Both the position numbers and the translations under genes were made by a program. From Basidiobolus meristosporus CBS 931.73 (lineage: Eukaryota > Fungi > Basidiobolomycota), in the NCBI GenBank assembly GCA_002104905.1, contig MCFE01000237.1:55707-119706 (forward strand): a stretch of 64,000 nucleotides of DNA, given 5' to 3'. The notes beneath the pieces were generated by a model. It did not search any database and was not told where the DNA came from. It saw nothing but the letters and a program-made list of their open reading frames with translations. Positions 42,690 to 53,949 of this stretch are shown piece by piece (within the stretch, counting starts at the first letter, position 1; every line of letters starts with the position of its first letter).

Positions 42690-44452
42690 ATGTCTGGCGT
42701 AGACAATGGTATTCGTACCATTTCCGACCTCGATTTCTTCACCGACGGATGCATTTTACAAACAATTCTAGGATATTTACAGCCTTATCATTTACCTGCA
42801 TGCTCCTTGGTTAATTCACGCTGGCACCACTTCGCAGTGGCAAATTTATACCGGAAAGTGCCACTTAAAAGACAATTCCTATTACCACAAGTAGTAAGCA
42901 TTAGTCAAAATACCCAACTAGGAGGCTATGTTCGTGAATTGAAAATAGATGCGTCCAAGTTGAATCACACCATCCAGATTGCAGGAGAACCACGAAAAAT
43001 CGTGGCAGTTTTGTGCCAAGCCTGTGTGAATCTGCAAAAACTATGGTTCACCTACGACTTTGAAGATGATTCTGACTGGCTTTCTCTACTGGCTCGTAGT
43101 GCCACAGGACTGAAATATCTTAACTTGAATGTGGTTAACAAGCCGAGTACAACATTCCGCTCGCTGATCAGTGCTTGGAAAAACCTTGAGATTCTGGAGC
43201 TGACACACTCAATTTCAGATTTTGCCAGAGAGAAAGAAGATTTTTCGGCAGTCTTGGAGTCCCATTCAAAGCTTACGCATATAGTAATAATGGGAGACGC
43301 TTACGTTCCCGATGTGCTGCTAAAAGGGCTCTCTAACCATTGTCCTCAATTAAGGAGTCTAACCATTGGTAGTCGTCATAGCTTTAGCTCTTTCTCCATC
43401 TCCGAAGAGGCGTTATCTATGATGGTCAGAAACACCACTGAGCTCCAAACTCTAAATCTGGGAACTGCAGACTCTAGTATGTTGCTTCAAGATTTGAACT
43501 GGTTGTCTGACGTGGGAAATCACTGCAAAGATTTAAGATCTTTGCGCTGGAATGTGTCATTCAATCCACATTCATTCCCGTACACCACAAAATTCCAGTC
43601 GCTATTGTTGCCCTTTACCTCGCTTACGACCCTCAGCCTGTCCGGTCTTACCATCCACCTGGTATTTGCGATGTTGGAGGGTGCCACCCACCTTTCTCAC
43701 ACACTTAGTACATTGATACTAAAAGAAGTTGGAGACAGCGACCAAATCGACGAGTCAGCTGGTTACTTATCACTAATACCTGCCTTGTTTCCATGCTTAG
43801 AACATTTAGAACTACACTGTTATTCACATCAGATATTGAACCGCTGTATGTCAAATGTACTTCGAGGATTAACCAAATTAGATGTTGTAGTAATAAGCTC
43901 CGTTGGTGCCGTTCTAGAGGACAAAGATATAGAGGGAGGCGATTCCAGTGGCTTCCCAGATCCAACTACTCAGACCAGTAGCTGGTTTAAAGACGAAGTA
44001 CAGGGCGCAGTGATCCTCCCAGCTCTAAGATATCTGAAGTTGGACAGTGTACGAGTCACTAACGACCTAATTAAAGCCATATATCGGAGTTGCCCAAATT
44101 TAGCAAAGCTTTACATGTTGTCCTACTTCTCCAGAATCTACACACCAATAGATTTTTCGGTTAGTAGTAAAATTTATCGTATACAACACAAGCATCTAAC
44201 CTTCCGATCGATTATTAGTTGATACGCACATTGGCCAATTCGCTGAGCCAGCTCAATACACTCCACCTACAATGGATTGCGCTAGAGGAGTCTCAGACTT
44301 TGATCAAAGAGTTTTTTGACAAACAAACCCTTATGCATGATGTAGAGATAGTATATCTAGCACCACTAAGGTGTGAGTTAGGGGAGACAAGCATGATAGC
44401 GAGTGATTACGAAGATGAGTTTATAAGTATTAAGATCAGCATTCATAAATGA
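42690..44452 (+). CDS. F-box/RNI-like LRR protein; intron 44160-44218 joins the 510-aa and 77-aa ORFs
   Basis: F-box-like ILGYLQPYHLPACSLVNSRWH, repeated CPxLxxL LRR motifs, and a GTTAGT...CTAAC...TTAG intron that restores the frame. Confidence 0.75.
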
Positions 44453-45772
44453 GTTGCTATCGAGAGTTATCGTGGTCCTAAAATAAAAGGCTATTGTGCG
44501 AACATTTTAGCAACAATGTCAGATTGACGGAAGTAGGCTTGAAGGTCCAAACGAAAATCGTTGGGAATTGACCTCCTAAATATGTAAATTTGATATTAGG
44601 GGACAGAGAATCATTAAGAAGCAGAATTGTTAGTCGGAAGTAAATCAAGAAGCCATTCAGTGGAAAGAAGTCTTCATGGTTGTTTTCACCTAGCCCTTGG
44701 GTGAATTTTTATATGTTGAAAAATTCCGAGACGGGCTGAAGATGGTTTTCTTAGGTATGAACCGTTGAAGCAAGCCGTTAAATTTATAGCTACTCTGCAT
44801 GAAATGTTTAGAAATTACTCGGTATTTGGACTGCAAACTCCACAAGCTCCTGTTGTAAAATCAAACACCGCTATTTAGGGTAGTATTATTGCACCTTCCG
44901 ACACATCTTGATTACTCGACAGCAATATAATATCTATCACGGCGGAGAATAGAATGTAACCACAGGCTCCAGTATCTAGAAAAAGTAACCTCGCAAATGC
45001 CGGCTTTTTTAGTAACGAAAATTTCCAAATTTTCTTGATACTGGTGGTACTGGGTGTAGCAGTATGGTCATGAGTGGAGTGGAGTTTAGAAGTTGGTAGT
45101 ACGGAAAAAATTGTGTTCTATGCATGATCTGCCATTATAAGCGGAAATATCCCCCAAAATCCCCTTCATCAGGCGAACTAGTTCACAGCGTTTATAGAAG
45201 TTTTCACTTGAAGACATAAAACAAAGAGCAAGTAACACATCAGTCAAGTGATAAAGCAATATTTCCGCTGGACAATGGGAAAGATACCCAAATAAAAATG
45301 TCGGAATGACCTCGTACCTTGAGAAAGAGTAGAGATGAGATGTACAACCGCTAATAAGGCAAAATGGAATACTCTCACATATGCTACACTTGCATTCCAC
45401 CCGGTTTGTTGTGGTACGAACTCCAACCCATTCCAAATCAGTATCTAAAGCTCCCAAATCACTTATCTAGATGGTAAATTGGCAATCTAGATTGGTGATT
45501 AGGGCCAAGCTCAAGGGTAATACAGAGGTGCACATTGTTAGCAAAATCTGGTTTATTCTGTTCAGTCTAGATTGCATCGTGTTGTAATACACATCGGATA
45601 TCAACAACACGATTATGCAACCAAGTATTTGCTAAGCTATCAAATTAAAATTTAGGAAGCCGGGAATATAAAGCATTCACCCGTATCGACAGGAAGCATA
45701 TACACGAGCTTCAACAAAAGCCTTTGTTAATAATTCAAGTACACGGCGAATCTGGTGGGCTGCTAAATTGAC

Positions 45773-47464
45773 ATGCTAGTGGTCAATTATACTACATCAG
45801 TCATATGTCTACGTTTGTTAGACTTACTTCTATCCGGGGTCATTAGCTATGTCATCATTTTATGTGCTGCTACTACGAACAGTCTAACCCTGGCGTGGAT
45901 AGCCGATCAAGGTCTTCTGTCTTCCGTGATATCTGCTGGAGCTGAGTTGGTGCTTTCAAGACATGGTCGAGCTAGACAGAGCAGATTGGCAATATTTGTG
46001 GTCTGCATAATTCTATTGCAAATCGCCGCAAACTTGGCCGGATTCTGGACAACACAGTTTGTTGAAGAGTTGGACGATTATGGCCAGCTCACTGAAATGA
46101 GTGAAGTACCATTCACGCGCCGAGATCTACGACAACAGAGTATGACGGTCCAAAGTAATGACTGGTTGGTGCCTATGAATGCCAACATTGCAAAGGATAT
46201 GACGGAGCCAAAGTATGGTAGCCGTTTTTTGAATGCAACACTAACCTCAGTGGGAATAGCAAAGGTATTAGATCTGCAGTGGGCAGAAGGGGGGATACCG
46301 CATAGTTTCTGCTCAAAAGAGCTGTCGTTTTGCATAAGGTTCCAGACGGAAGCTGCCGCGTACTACAACCTAACTACAAACTCGACTGACTACATTGAGC
46401 TTGTAGAAGACCCGACGGCCGGAAGATCACCCATGTACACAACTAGTGGGCTCATCCTAGCCGGACCAAAGCTATATGAGAATATGCTGCAGATTACGGA
46501 AGTTGCTGATAGTAGTATGGACCGTACCGGTGTAGGACGTATAGGCTCGTGGGCCAAGCTAACGAGAATGTCCTTTGGTAGGAGGGACTCGAAAACTGCA
46601 GCTCAATGCGCATTTACTGAAGTTCATCACGCAGATCCAAGTTTTATCAAAGGCAGGTGGAAAAGTAAGCTGATAGACTTTAACCTTTGGACCAACTTGT
46701 GGAGTAGAGCACCATCAAAAATGAGCACCAGCACATTTGGCGATCCATACCGATATGCATATGTACATAGATATGATAAAGCGGTGGCAATTTATGGAGT
46801 ATCCTCAGGAGCGTATGGGCCCAGATTAAGCTACAGGTTACTGAAGTGCTGGGGTGAAGGTCAGGTCATATTTAAAGCCAACCAAGATGCGCAAACCAAG
46901 ATCAGCGACATTTCAGGATACAGCTTTGACACTCAGGGGATCAAGCAACCATCAGACACAACCTATGAGATATATGAGCAGCACACTGAAACAAAGAAGA
47001 TAAGATTATCAAGTGAGCAGGACAAGTTGGGACATCCTACCGAGGAAAAAAGCATCCAATTGGAGCAATTGTTAGCTGCTGCTATGAATGATGACCAAGC
47101 TATTTTGTCATGGCTAGCCGCTTATCGGGAGGGGACCAATGTGGCGGTAGAGGTCACTTCGTACTACAAAATGTACAGAATTTCCAAAAAATACCTTTAC
47201 ACTGTAATTGCCCTAGTGGTGCTCTTGGCTTCTATTCGGTTGCTGTTGACCAAACATCAGTATAGAATATTCACTGCAGCGCCTCAGAATGTGATTTATA
47301 TGGCAAGTACTACTAGTGCCATGCCCCAGGTTGGTGTACCATGTGTTGAATCCAGGGGTACTCTAAACGGCCATATTGATGTGGTAGTATACTCTAAGGC
47401 AAATAAGCCGCTTGTTCTGGGAGTAAAAACTGCAGACAATGAGAAGCAACAACTTAATAGCTAA
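45773..47464 (+). CDS. Hypothetical membrane protein, 563 aa; last intact host-type gene before the subtelomere
   Basis: Long ATG-initiated ORF with N-terminal transmembrane segments and one C-terminal transmembrane segment. No family recognised. Confidence 0.6.
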   Translation: MLVVNYTTSVICLRLLDLLLSGVISYVIILCAATTNSLTLAWIADQGLLSSVISAGAELVLSRHGRARQSRLAIFVVCIILLQIAANLAGFWTTQFVEELDDYGQLTEMSEVPFTRRDLRQQSMTVQSNDWLVPMNANIAKDMTEPKYGSRFLNATLTSVGIAKVLDLQWAEGGIPHSFCSKELSFCIRFQTEAAAYYNLTTNSTDYIELVEDPTAGRSPMYTTSGLILAGPKLYENMLQITEVADSSMDRTGVGRIGSWAKLTRMSFGRRDSKTAAQCAFTEVHHADPSFIKGRWKSKLIDFNLWTNLWSRAPSKMSTSTFGDPYRYAYVHRYDKAVAIYGVSSGAYGPRLSYRLLKCWGEGQVIFKANQDAQTKISDISGYSFDTQGIKQPSDTTYEIYEQHTETKKIRLSSEQDKLGHPTEEKSIQLEQLLAAAMNDDQAILSWLAAYREGTNVAVEVTSYYKMYRISKKYLYTVIALVVLLASIRLLLTKHQYRIFTAAPQNVIYMASTTSAMPQVGVPCVESRGTLNGHIDVVVYSKANKPLVLGVKTADNEKQQLNS

Positions 47465-47600
47465 ATACTCTTCAATACATATATTGAACTGTTTCTAAAA
47501 GCATCATATTAATTGCAAGTATAATAATAATAAGTTGACCAATCTGATATCTTTTGTGGCAAGTGTTCTGTTTTTGCATATGTTTAACTACCTTAAGGGA

Positions 47601-47643
47601 GGGGGAGACAGTCACCAACAGGTGAAATCTTTATTTCAGTTGA
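47601..47643 (-). mobile_element. 43-bp 3' stub of telomeric LINE family D (interstitial)
   Basis: GGGGGAGACAGTCACCAACAGGTGAAATCTTTATTTCAGTTGA is identical to the 3' ends at 57961 and 58359. Preceded by degenerate TTAAGGG and followed by GTTAGGGTTAGGG. Confidence 0.85.
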
Positions 47644-47656
47644 GTTAGGGTTAGGG

Positions 47657-48272
47657 GAGGGAAAGTCACCAAGGTAGGTGAAATCTTTATTTGATTTCAG
47701 ACAAGTCTAACTACAAATAAAGAAGCCAGCTGGGAATAGAAGATTCCCAAAGTAAACACTAAATTGAATATGAATAAATCTAAGCTAAAGTTAAGGCAGT
47801 ATCCCAGAGTACACTGGAGTTCAGGTTCATGGGGGAGTGAAGTAGATAAGCTTGAGAGATATAATAATCTTTTAAGAAGTGGGTAACAGCAGGAGAAGGG
47901 GAGTTTCTGATAAGTGAAGTGAATCTTGAGAGCAAAGATTCCTCTAATGAGAAGGTCTTGTAAACTGGAGAATCAGGAAATTCTTTGAAGGCATGGTCAG
48001 TAGGTTCCCAGTAAAACTGGTCAGAGACATTTTGAGAGAACTCTTTAGCAATACTTTTGTCAAGTACTACCTCCAGAGTGTGATGGTTGATAAATCTCAT
48101 GTTAACAATCTTGGATAAATTGTTACCCTGTTGCTTGAGATACATCCTATGCTCAGATATAGGAATAAACTCCACATTGGCAAAGTAGCAGACAGCCCAG
48201 TCAGTAGCAGGAGGCAAATCAGAAGTGGCAGGAAACTTTCATTTAGTCTTGGGAAGAGCAGCAGGATGTCTT
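47657..48272 (-). mobile_element. 5'-truncated ORF1-only telomeric element, family A copy A1 (interstitial)
   Basis: Near-identical to the 3' part of 56004-57425. ORF 47780-48217 is the C-terminal domain of the family A protein. Confidence 0.9.
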
Positions 48273-48276
48273 AGGG

Positions 48277-48745
48277 GGAGGGAAAGTCACCAAGTTGGTG
48301 AAATCTTTGTTTGAGTCAAGAACTAATCTAAGTACAAATAAAGAAGCCAATTAAGAAGTCTAGGACCTCTCTAATAAGTAGTCTAATTTATGTTTTGTTT
48401 CATCTCTAATGTTTGTTTCAATAAAGTAAAGCTCATCAGGGGTAAATATGAAATTCAAGGGTTTCGGGGGAAGTACAAATTGTAGATGTTTCTGATCAAT
48501 ATAATCCAAGACTGGAACCCAGCCTGGGATTAGGTGTAGTAGGAAAGGTGTGTGGACTTGTAGGTAGCTCTGCCACATAGATCTAAGATGGTCCTGAGCC
48601 AGTAGCCTTGGTTTCTCAGCTTTTTAAAGTTTTGAAGCAAGCTCTGTTACTACAGCAGAGCCAACCAGGGTGTGCCAGCAAGAAGATTTCAGGGAGGAGT
48701 AAGGGTGTAGGTGTTATAGTAAGGGCTAGGAAAAGGTTAGAAGAG
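48277..48745 (-). mobile_element. Degenerate 3' fragment of a second autonomous LINE lineage (family E)
   Basis: Carries the shared 3' module. The frame SSCWHTLVGSAVVTELASKL*KAEKPRLL...MWQSYLQVHTPFLL aligns by eye with the ORF2 C-terminus GSCWRTILGDPEVKKFAHYILQSEKPKLA...LWQQYLQQHTPFMM, with in-frame stops. Confidence 0.8.
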
Positions 48746-48812
48746 CAGGGGGTCTGGGGGACGCAGTCCCCTAGAGAATAAAAAGCAGGGGGTTTGGGGG
48801 ATGCAATCTCCC
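48745..48812. repeat. Two copies (period 40) of a G-rich motif with a GCA-triloop hairpin
   Basis: GCAGGGGGTCTGGGGGACGCAGTCCCC and GCAGGGGGTTTGGGGGATGCAATCTCCC. Confidence 0.7.
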
Positions 48813-49341
48813 ATACTGCTCCCATACTCTTTAAATTCCCGTTGGATTACTTTTCTCTCATTCTTGGTTCTGGTCCCTTAGGGTTAGAATTCCTCCTCCT
48901 AACCCTTATCACCCTAACCATAAATATTTTTACCCTACAATTGGCACATTGTCTGCTCATATAGTGGGCATGTCTGGGCCAATATTTGTCTCCCTATACT
49001 GTCCATATGCTCTGTATAAGTCTTGATGACTATTTAATTAATAAATTGTTATTTTTAATGTATATCTAATAATTAATGGGATTCATCCCAATCTGACCAC
49101 AATCCCATATTTTGATAAGCTTCAGGCACCATAAATTGCGCGGCCCTAATATGATAAAAAAATTCATGGCCAATACAAATTATCTGTAACCCAATTGCTT
49201 TTACCAAATATAAAGTGTATCCCAAAGTTCAATATATATTATGGCTATAATAGAAACTTTATTTGACACCATCACAACTACTACTTATGTTCTATGTGCA
49301 CATGTATCCCGCGGGAATTGTAAAACTTAGCCACGTGGTAC

Positions 49342-50118
49342 AAAAGTGCTTTTATTTTTCATCATGATAGTTTTACATGAGTTCCTAACGCACTTTGAAA
49401 GTACGCAGTAGCCATACCCCAACAGGTTTTAAGGATGTCCACTAGCTACGTCTACTTGTGTCTAGCGGGAGCCATCAATCATCAGCCGCGCAATACTGAA
49501 ATGCTTTTATTTTTCATCATGCTAGTTTTGTATGAATCCCTAACGCACTTTCATAGTGCGCGGTAACCATACCCCAACAGGTTTTAAGGATACCCACTTG
49601 CTACATTTACTTGTGTCTAGCGGGAGTCATCAATCATCAGCCGCGCGGTAATAAAGTGCTTTTATTTTTCATCATGATAGTTTTACATGAGTCCCTAACG
49701 CACTTTTATAGTGCGCGGTAACCATACCCCAACAGGTTTTAAGGATACCCACTTGCTACATTTACTTGTGTCTAGCGGGAGTTATCAATCATCAGCCGTG
49801 CGGTAATAAAGTGCTTTTATTTTTCATCATGATAGTTTTACATGAGTCCTTAATGCACTTTCATAGTGCGCGGTAACCATACCCCAACAGGTTTTAAGGA
49901 TACCCACTTGCTACGTTTACTTGTGTCTAGCGGGAGTTATCAATCATCAGCCGCGCGGTAATAAAGTGCTTTTATTTTTCATCATGATAGTTTTACATGA
50001 GTCCCTAATGCACTTTTATAGTACGCGGTAACCATACCCCCAGAAAGTAGTGTGGATGCTTACTTTAAACGCTCACTTGTGTATTGTATGGACTATCAAC
50101 AAACAGCCGTGTGGGAAT
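49342..50118. repeat. 155-bp subtelomeric tandem repeat, about 4.5 conserved units plus a degenerate tail
   Basis: The unit start AAAGTGCTTTTATTTTTCATCATG recurs with the marker base at 49346, 49501, 49656, 49811 and 49966. Confidence 0.95.
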
Positions 50119-51192
50119 GGAACATCATAGAAAAGCATTGCTTTGTTGTTAGCAAGTATTGATGCGCAAATAGTGGTACTATGTGAATTATTGAGTAACT
50201 ATTTACTCTAGTTGGTTCCAAGATATTCCTAGACAATATGCTCAAAATCAATATTAGCATCAATAGCTTGCTCTTTGATCACTAAACCACCGCACCCAAT
50301 ATGCGGTGGCCTTGGTTTTGTCTAGCTGTTGAGGAATGAAACCAGAGTACAGTCACAAGAGAGGCAAAAGTGAAATGTGGTGAAGTAAGTGTATATGAAA
50401 GTAATATAAATCTACAGGACAGAAGAGAACAACTAGTAGTTAAACAGCACTCACTGACACTCTACCAAGTAGAGCACCAACACAGACAATAAACAAGTCA
50501 TGAGGGGAAAGCTTAAGGACCGCTACTTGGGGATCAAGACCAAAAGAGGAAGCTGCCTCTACCATAGCAGTCCTTGCGCTCCAAAGGAAGACCAAGAGTC
50601 TATTATAGACAAAGATTGCGGCAAGAAGAGCAGTACAATTACCAGTTCTGGTAGTGGTACCTTTGGAAGTCCCAAATACCTGGAGAAAACTTGGAAAAAA
50701 TTGGCAGATGACTCAGTTGTCCTGAGGAGAAAACAAACCAATGCAATTGAGCAGTTCCAAAACAAACTTCAGCTTAGTCTTCTTTGCCTCACTATAAAGT
50801 ACTCCAAGTGGCTTATTTGGATTATAAGCGCATGAAGGAGAATCAGGCAGAGACTGATAAATTAAGTGATAGTCAATTGCATCACTTCTTAGATCAGGTA
50901 GAGAAACAGTCGCACAGCCAAGAGATGGAACAAGAATTGACGATTACAGAAACCAGATAATTTTGCCAATGTAGTTTTGCATTTTAATAAAATAAAAGGG
51001 TGTTAATAAGAACAGAATAAAGTTAACTTATGTGTACATCAAATGATTCAAATACTGGCTAGATGGATGTTACGTAGGAGCAAGAAGCTCAGTAACCTCA
51101 AAGGAAAGATATGATGAATGGGCCACCAACATCATCCAAATGAGTATAAAAGTGGAGAAAGGAGACATAATCCTTCATAAAAAACAAGAAGC

Positions 51193-51966
51193 ATGGAAGC
51201 AGGCAGTAGCTGGGTAGATGCCAGGAGTGAAGGTAGAGTACAAAGACAGCAAGGAAGGGGACAAGGACGCGGAACTGGGCACGGAAGAGGAAGAGGGCAA
51301 GGAAGTGGCCAAATCCAAGAGGAGCGTGAAGGAGGTGTTGCAGCAAACGTGGATGATGCTGAGCAAGTTGCTGTAGTCACTACCAGGCGGCTGGTCAACC
51401 AAGTTTCCTAAGCATTGTCAGAGGTTTGACAAGAGCTTCCAGAATATAGGACAACATCGCACCATGAGATATTTCAACGTATGTGCCAGGAGATTAAACA
51501 GAGGAGGGGTGATATTGTAAAGCTAAATTGGGATATTGCTGGACTTCAAGCCCAGATTGATTTCAGTTTCCACCATTCTACTGAGGCATTAGTGGCACAA
51601 ATGGTGGAAAAGTTTGCCCGCATCAGGGCAAGCAATGAGCAGGGTGCATCTTCCGACCCAGGTGTACTTGCAAGCGACAGTATTGGAGGGGATACTACTT
51701 CCTCCCTCAAACCTACCACAAGCCAAGAGACAAGAGCAGAATCCTCCACAACAATGAGAATGGCCCCCACGCAGGTTGATATGGAAGTGTGCAAAGAAGA
51801 CGTGGAGAAGCAGAGTGGGGATACTATAGGCCAACCACAAACTGTAATGGAGGCGGAGAGACCAAGTCATATTGTCATCTTAAAAATACCACAGGTTGAT
51901 TCATTGCTATCACTTCCCCCATCATCACTATCTGTGCCCTCATCACCACCGCCATCCTCTGGCTAA
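51193..51966 (+). pseudogene. Degenerate ORF of unknown, probably transposon, origin (RG-rich segment plus coiled coil)
   Basis: ORFs 51193-51411 and 51481-51966 are in the same frame, separated by two stops. Confidence 0.35.
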
Positions 51967-52577
51967 CTTGAGTAAATAAAGAATTTCCACCATCCCAAAT
52001 CAATGAATTGACAAGTAATAAGTTGAACTGATAAGATTGACAATTTACAGACTAATATATGTAAAGTATGTAGTACTTAAGAGCTTTCAAGTTGTGGTGT
52101 ATTATCAAGTATTCACCGTCACATAAATCACGCAGCAGTTGTTGTATCCCTATCCCAATGGCATTAGAAGCCAGCAGTTACAAGGAGCATCGGAAAAATT
52201 TTGGCGTTTACCTGGCAACAGTGGCAGGTGTAACAAAACACAGCTATTGCTTGATGACCATTACCCCGTCTATGAGATACTTGCTATTATATGGAGGGTA
52301 TTCTGCTGAGCACTTTCAAGACAGCAAAATATCCCCACCTTATGATGAGCGTATAGCTGAAGAAACATCCGGCCGTGGAATACTCTATGAGCCCAGCTCA
52401 AAGGTTCAAATGATTCACCTTGCAGATCTACACAGTGATGAAGACATCACAGTGACAGTTCTCCCGACTCCAGACAACATATCTGTTGTAAAAATTCGTA
52501 TTTCCACCTAAATATTCACCTGACTTAGTCACTTAGATCATTACCTTCAAATCCTAGAAAATACTGACCAAATTCCT

Positions 52578-53413
52578 TGTCGGGATTTACTTAGAATATT
52601 TTCACCAAAATACCAGGTACCCAGAACATGAAAATTCTCAAAGTTGTCCAAACAGCCCCAAACTTTGCACACATGTTCTTGGGACCTTCCTTAACCTATT
52701 CTACGTGTTTGTAATGCCAAGACCAGGTAAAAGTATAAATACTACTTTTACATTCAATAAATCATTAAGTGAAAACCACATAATCTACTTGTTCTCCCAA
52801 TCACTTCCAATATCTCCAAGACTCTTACAACAGGTTATGAGCCCCAAGCTGTCACTCTCTGCAATGTCTACTACTGCTATTACTGGAACTTTTCCCTCTG
52901 CTGAAAAGTTGGATGGATCTAACTACCAAGTGTGGAAGGTGAAGATGAAGATGCTGCTACAAGAAAGAGGCCTTTGGGATATTGTCATGGGAGAAGAATG
53001 CCCTCCTAAAAACGTGGGAGAGGAAGCCTTGAAGTACCAGAAGAAAGAACAAAGTGCCTTTAACTGCATTTGCCTTAATGTCAAGGACAAATTGCTAATT
53101 CAATGCTCAAGAGCAAAAACGGCAAAGAATGCCTGGAAGGCATTAGAAGACACCTACCAGTCATGTTCAGCTGCCAAGAAAATGTATCTGAGAAGAAAAT
53201 TCTTTACTACAAAGATGCTGCCAGGAGAAGAAATGAAAAATCTAATTAATAGAATTACCCTGCTGGTAGATGGGATGGAATCTGTGGGCGTACCAACTAC
53301 TGATGAGGATGTGATAGTTACCATCCTGAATAGCCTGACAGACGAGTTTCAGGGCCTTGTATCAGCCTTAGAGTCCAGAACTCAAGATTTGACCTTAAAT
53401 AATGTGTACAGAA
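52578..53413 (+). mobile_element. Truncated Ty1/copia LTR retrotransposon: putative 5' LTR 52578-52832, PBS 52833-52845, gag 52864-53413 cut at the telomeric junction
   Basis: TG...CAACA followed by the copia-type PBS GGTTATGAGCCC. Gag reads KLDGSNYQVWKVKMKMLLQERGLWDIV...KTAKNAWKALEDTY (Retrotran_gag_2/UBN2). The LTR start is tentative. Confidence 0.8.
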
Positions 53414-53422
53414 GGGTTAGGG

Positions 53423-53942
53423 GGAGGAAAGTCACCAAGTGGTGAAATCTTTATTTACTTATGACAAGTATTTAAAGAAGCCAAGTTAATCTGAAGTAAT
53501 TCCTAGAAAGCTAGGTCTGAGAGATATCTTCCTGGTAAGCCAGGTCTGAGAGTTGAGAAGCTGAGTGGTACTATATTTCCTAGTTAGCTAGGTCTGAGAG
53601 AGGTTTCCTGGAAAGCCAGGCCTGAGAAGTGAGAATCTGAGTATATCTGAGGTGAGTTGTACTGATTTGCGGTAGCTTGTTTGTGGCCAGAATGGCCAGT
53701 AGACTGGGGGAACTGAGGGGTATTTCTGGGCGATCACTGGCCAAATTTACTAGGCAAATTTGACCAATTAGCATTTCAAGGATTTCAGCCAATCAGAGCC
53801 TTTACTTTGCCCGATGGTTGATCAAGCCATCTCCCAATGAGCACACATCAATTTATTGATCAAATTTTGTTGGATCCAGGATTTGAACCCACAACCATGG
53901 GTATGGAAGGGTTAGGGATAACCACAAGGCTAAGTGTTCTTG
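53423..53942 (-). mobile_element. tRNA-derived telomeric SINE, family C copy C1
   Basis: Non-coding, about 520 bp. Minus-strand A box TAGCCTTGTGG and B box GGTTCAAATCC 32 nt apart; shared 3' module; flanked by TTAGGG. Confidence 0.85.
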
Positions 53943-53949
53943 GTTAGGG

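Noticed and set aside
50327-50483. Solo LTR (TGTTG...CAACA)
   Set aside because: There is no target-site duplication, PBS or second copy in the window.
50500-52511. Functional genes in ORFs 50500-50835 and 52092-52511
   Set aside because: They are short, have no recognisable domain and lie in stop-interrupted subtelomeric DNA, so coding status cannot be supported.
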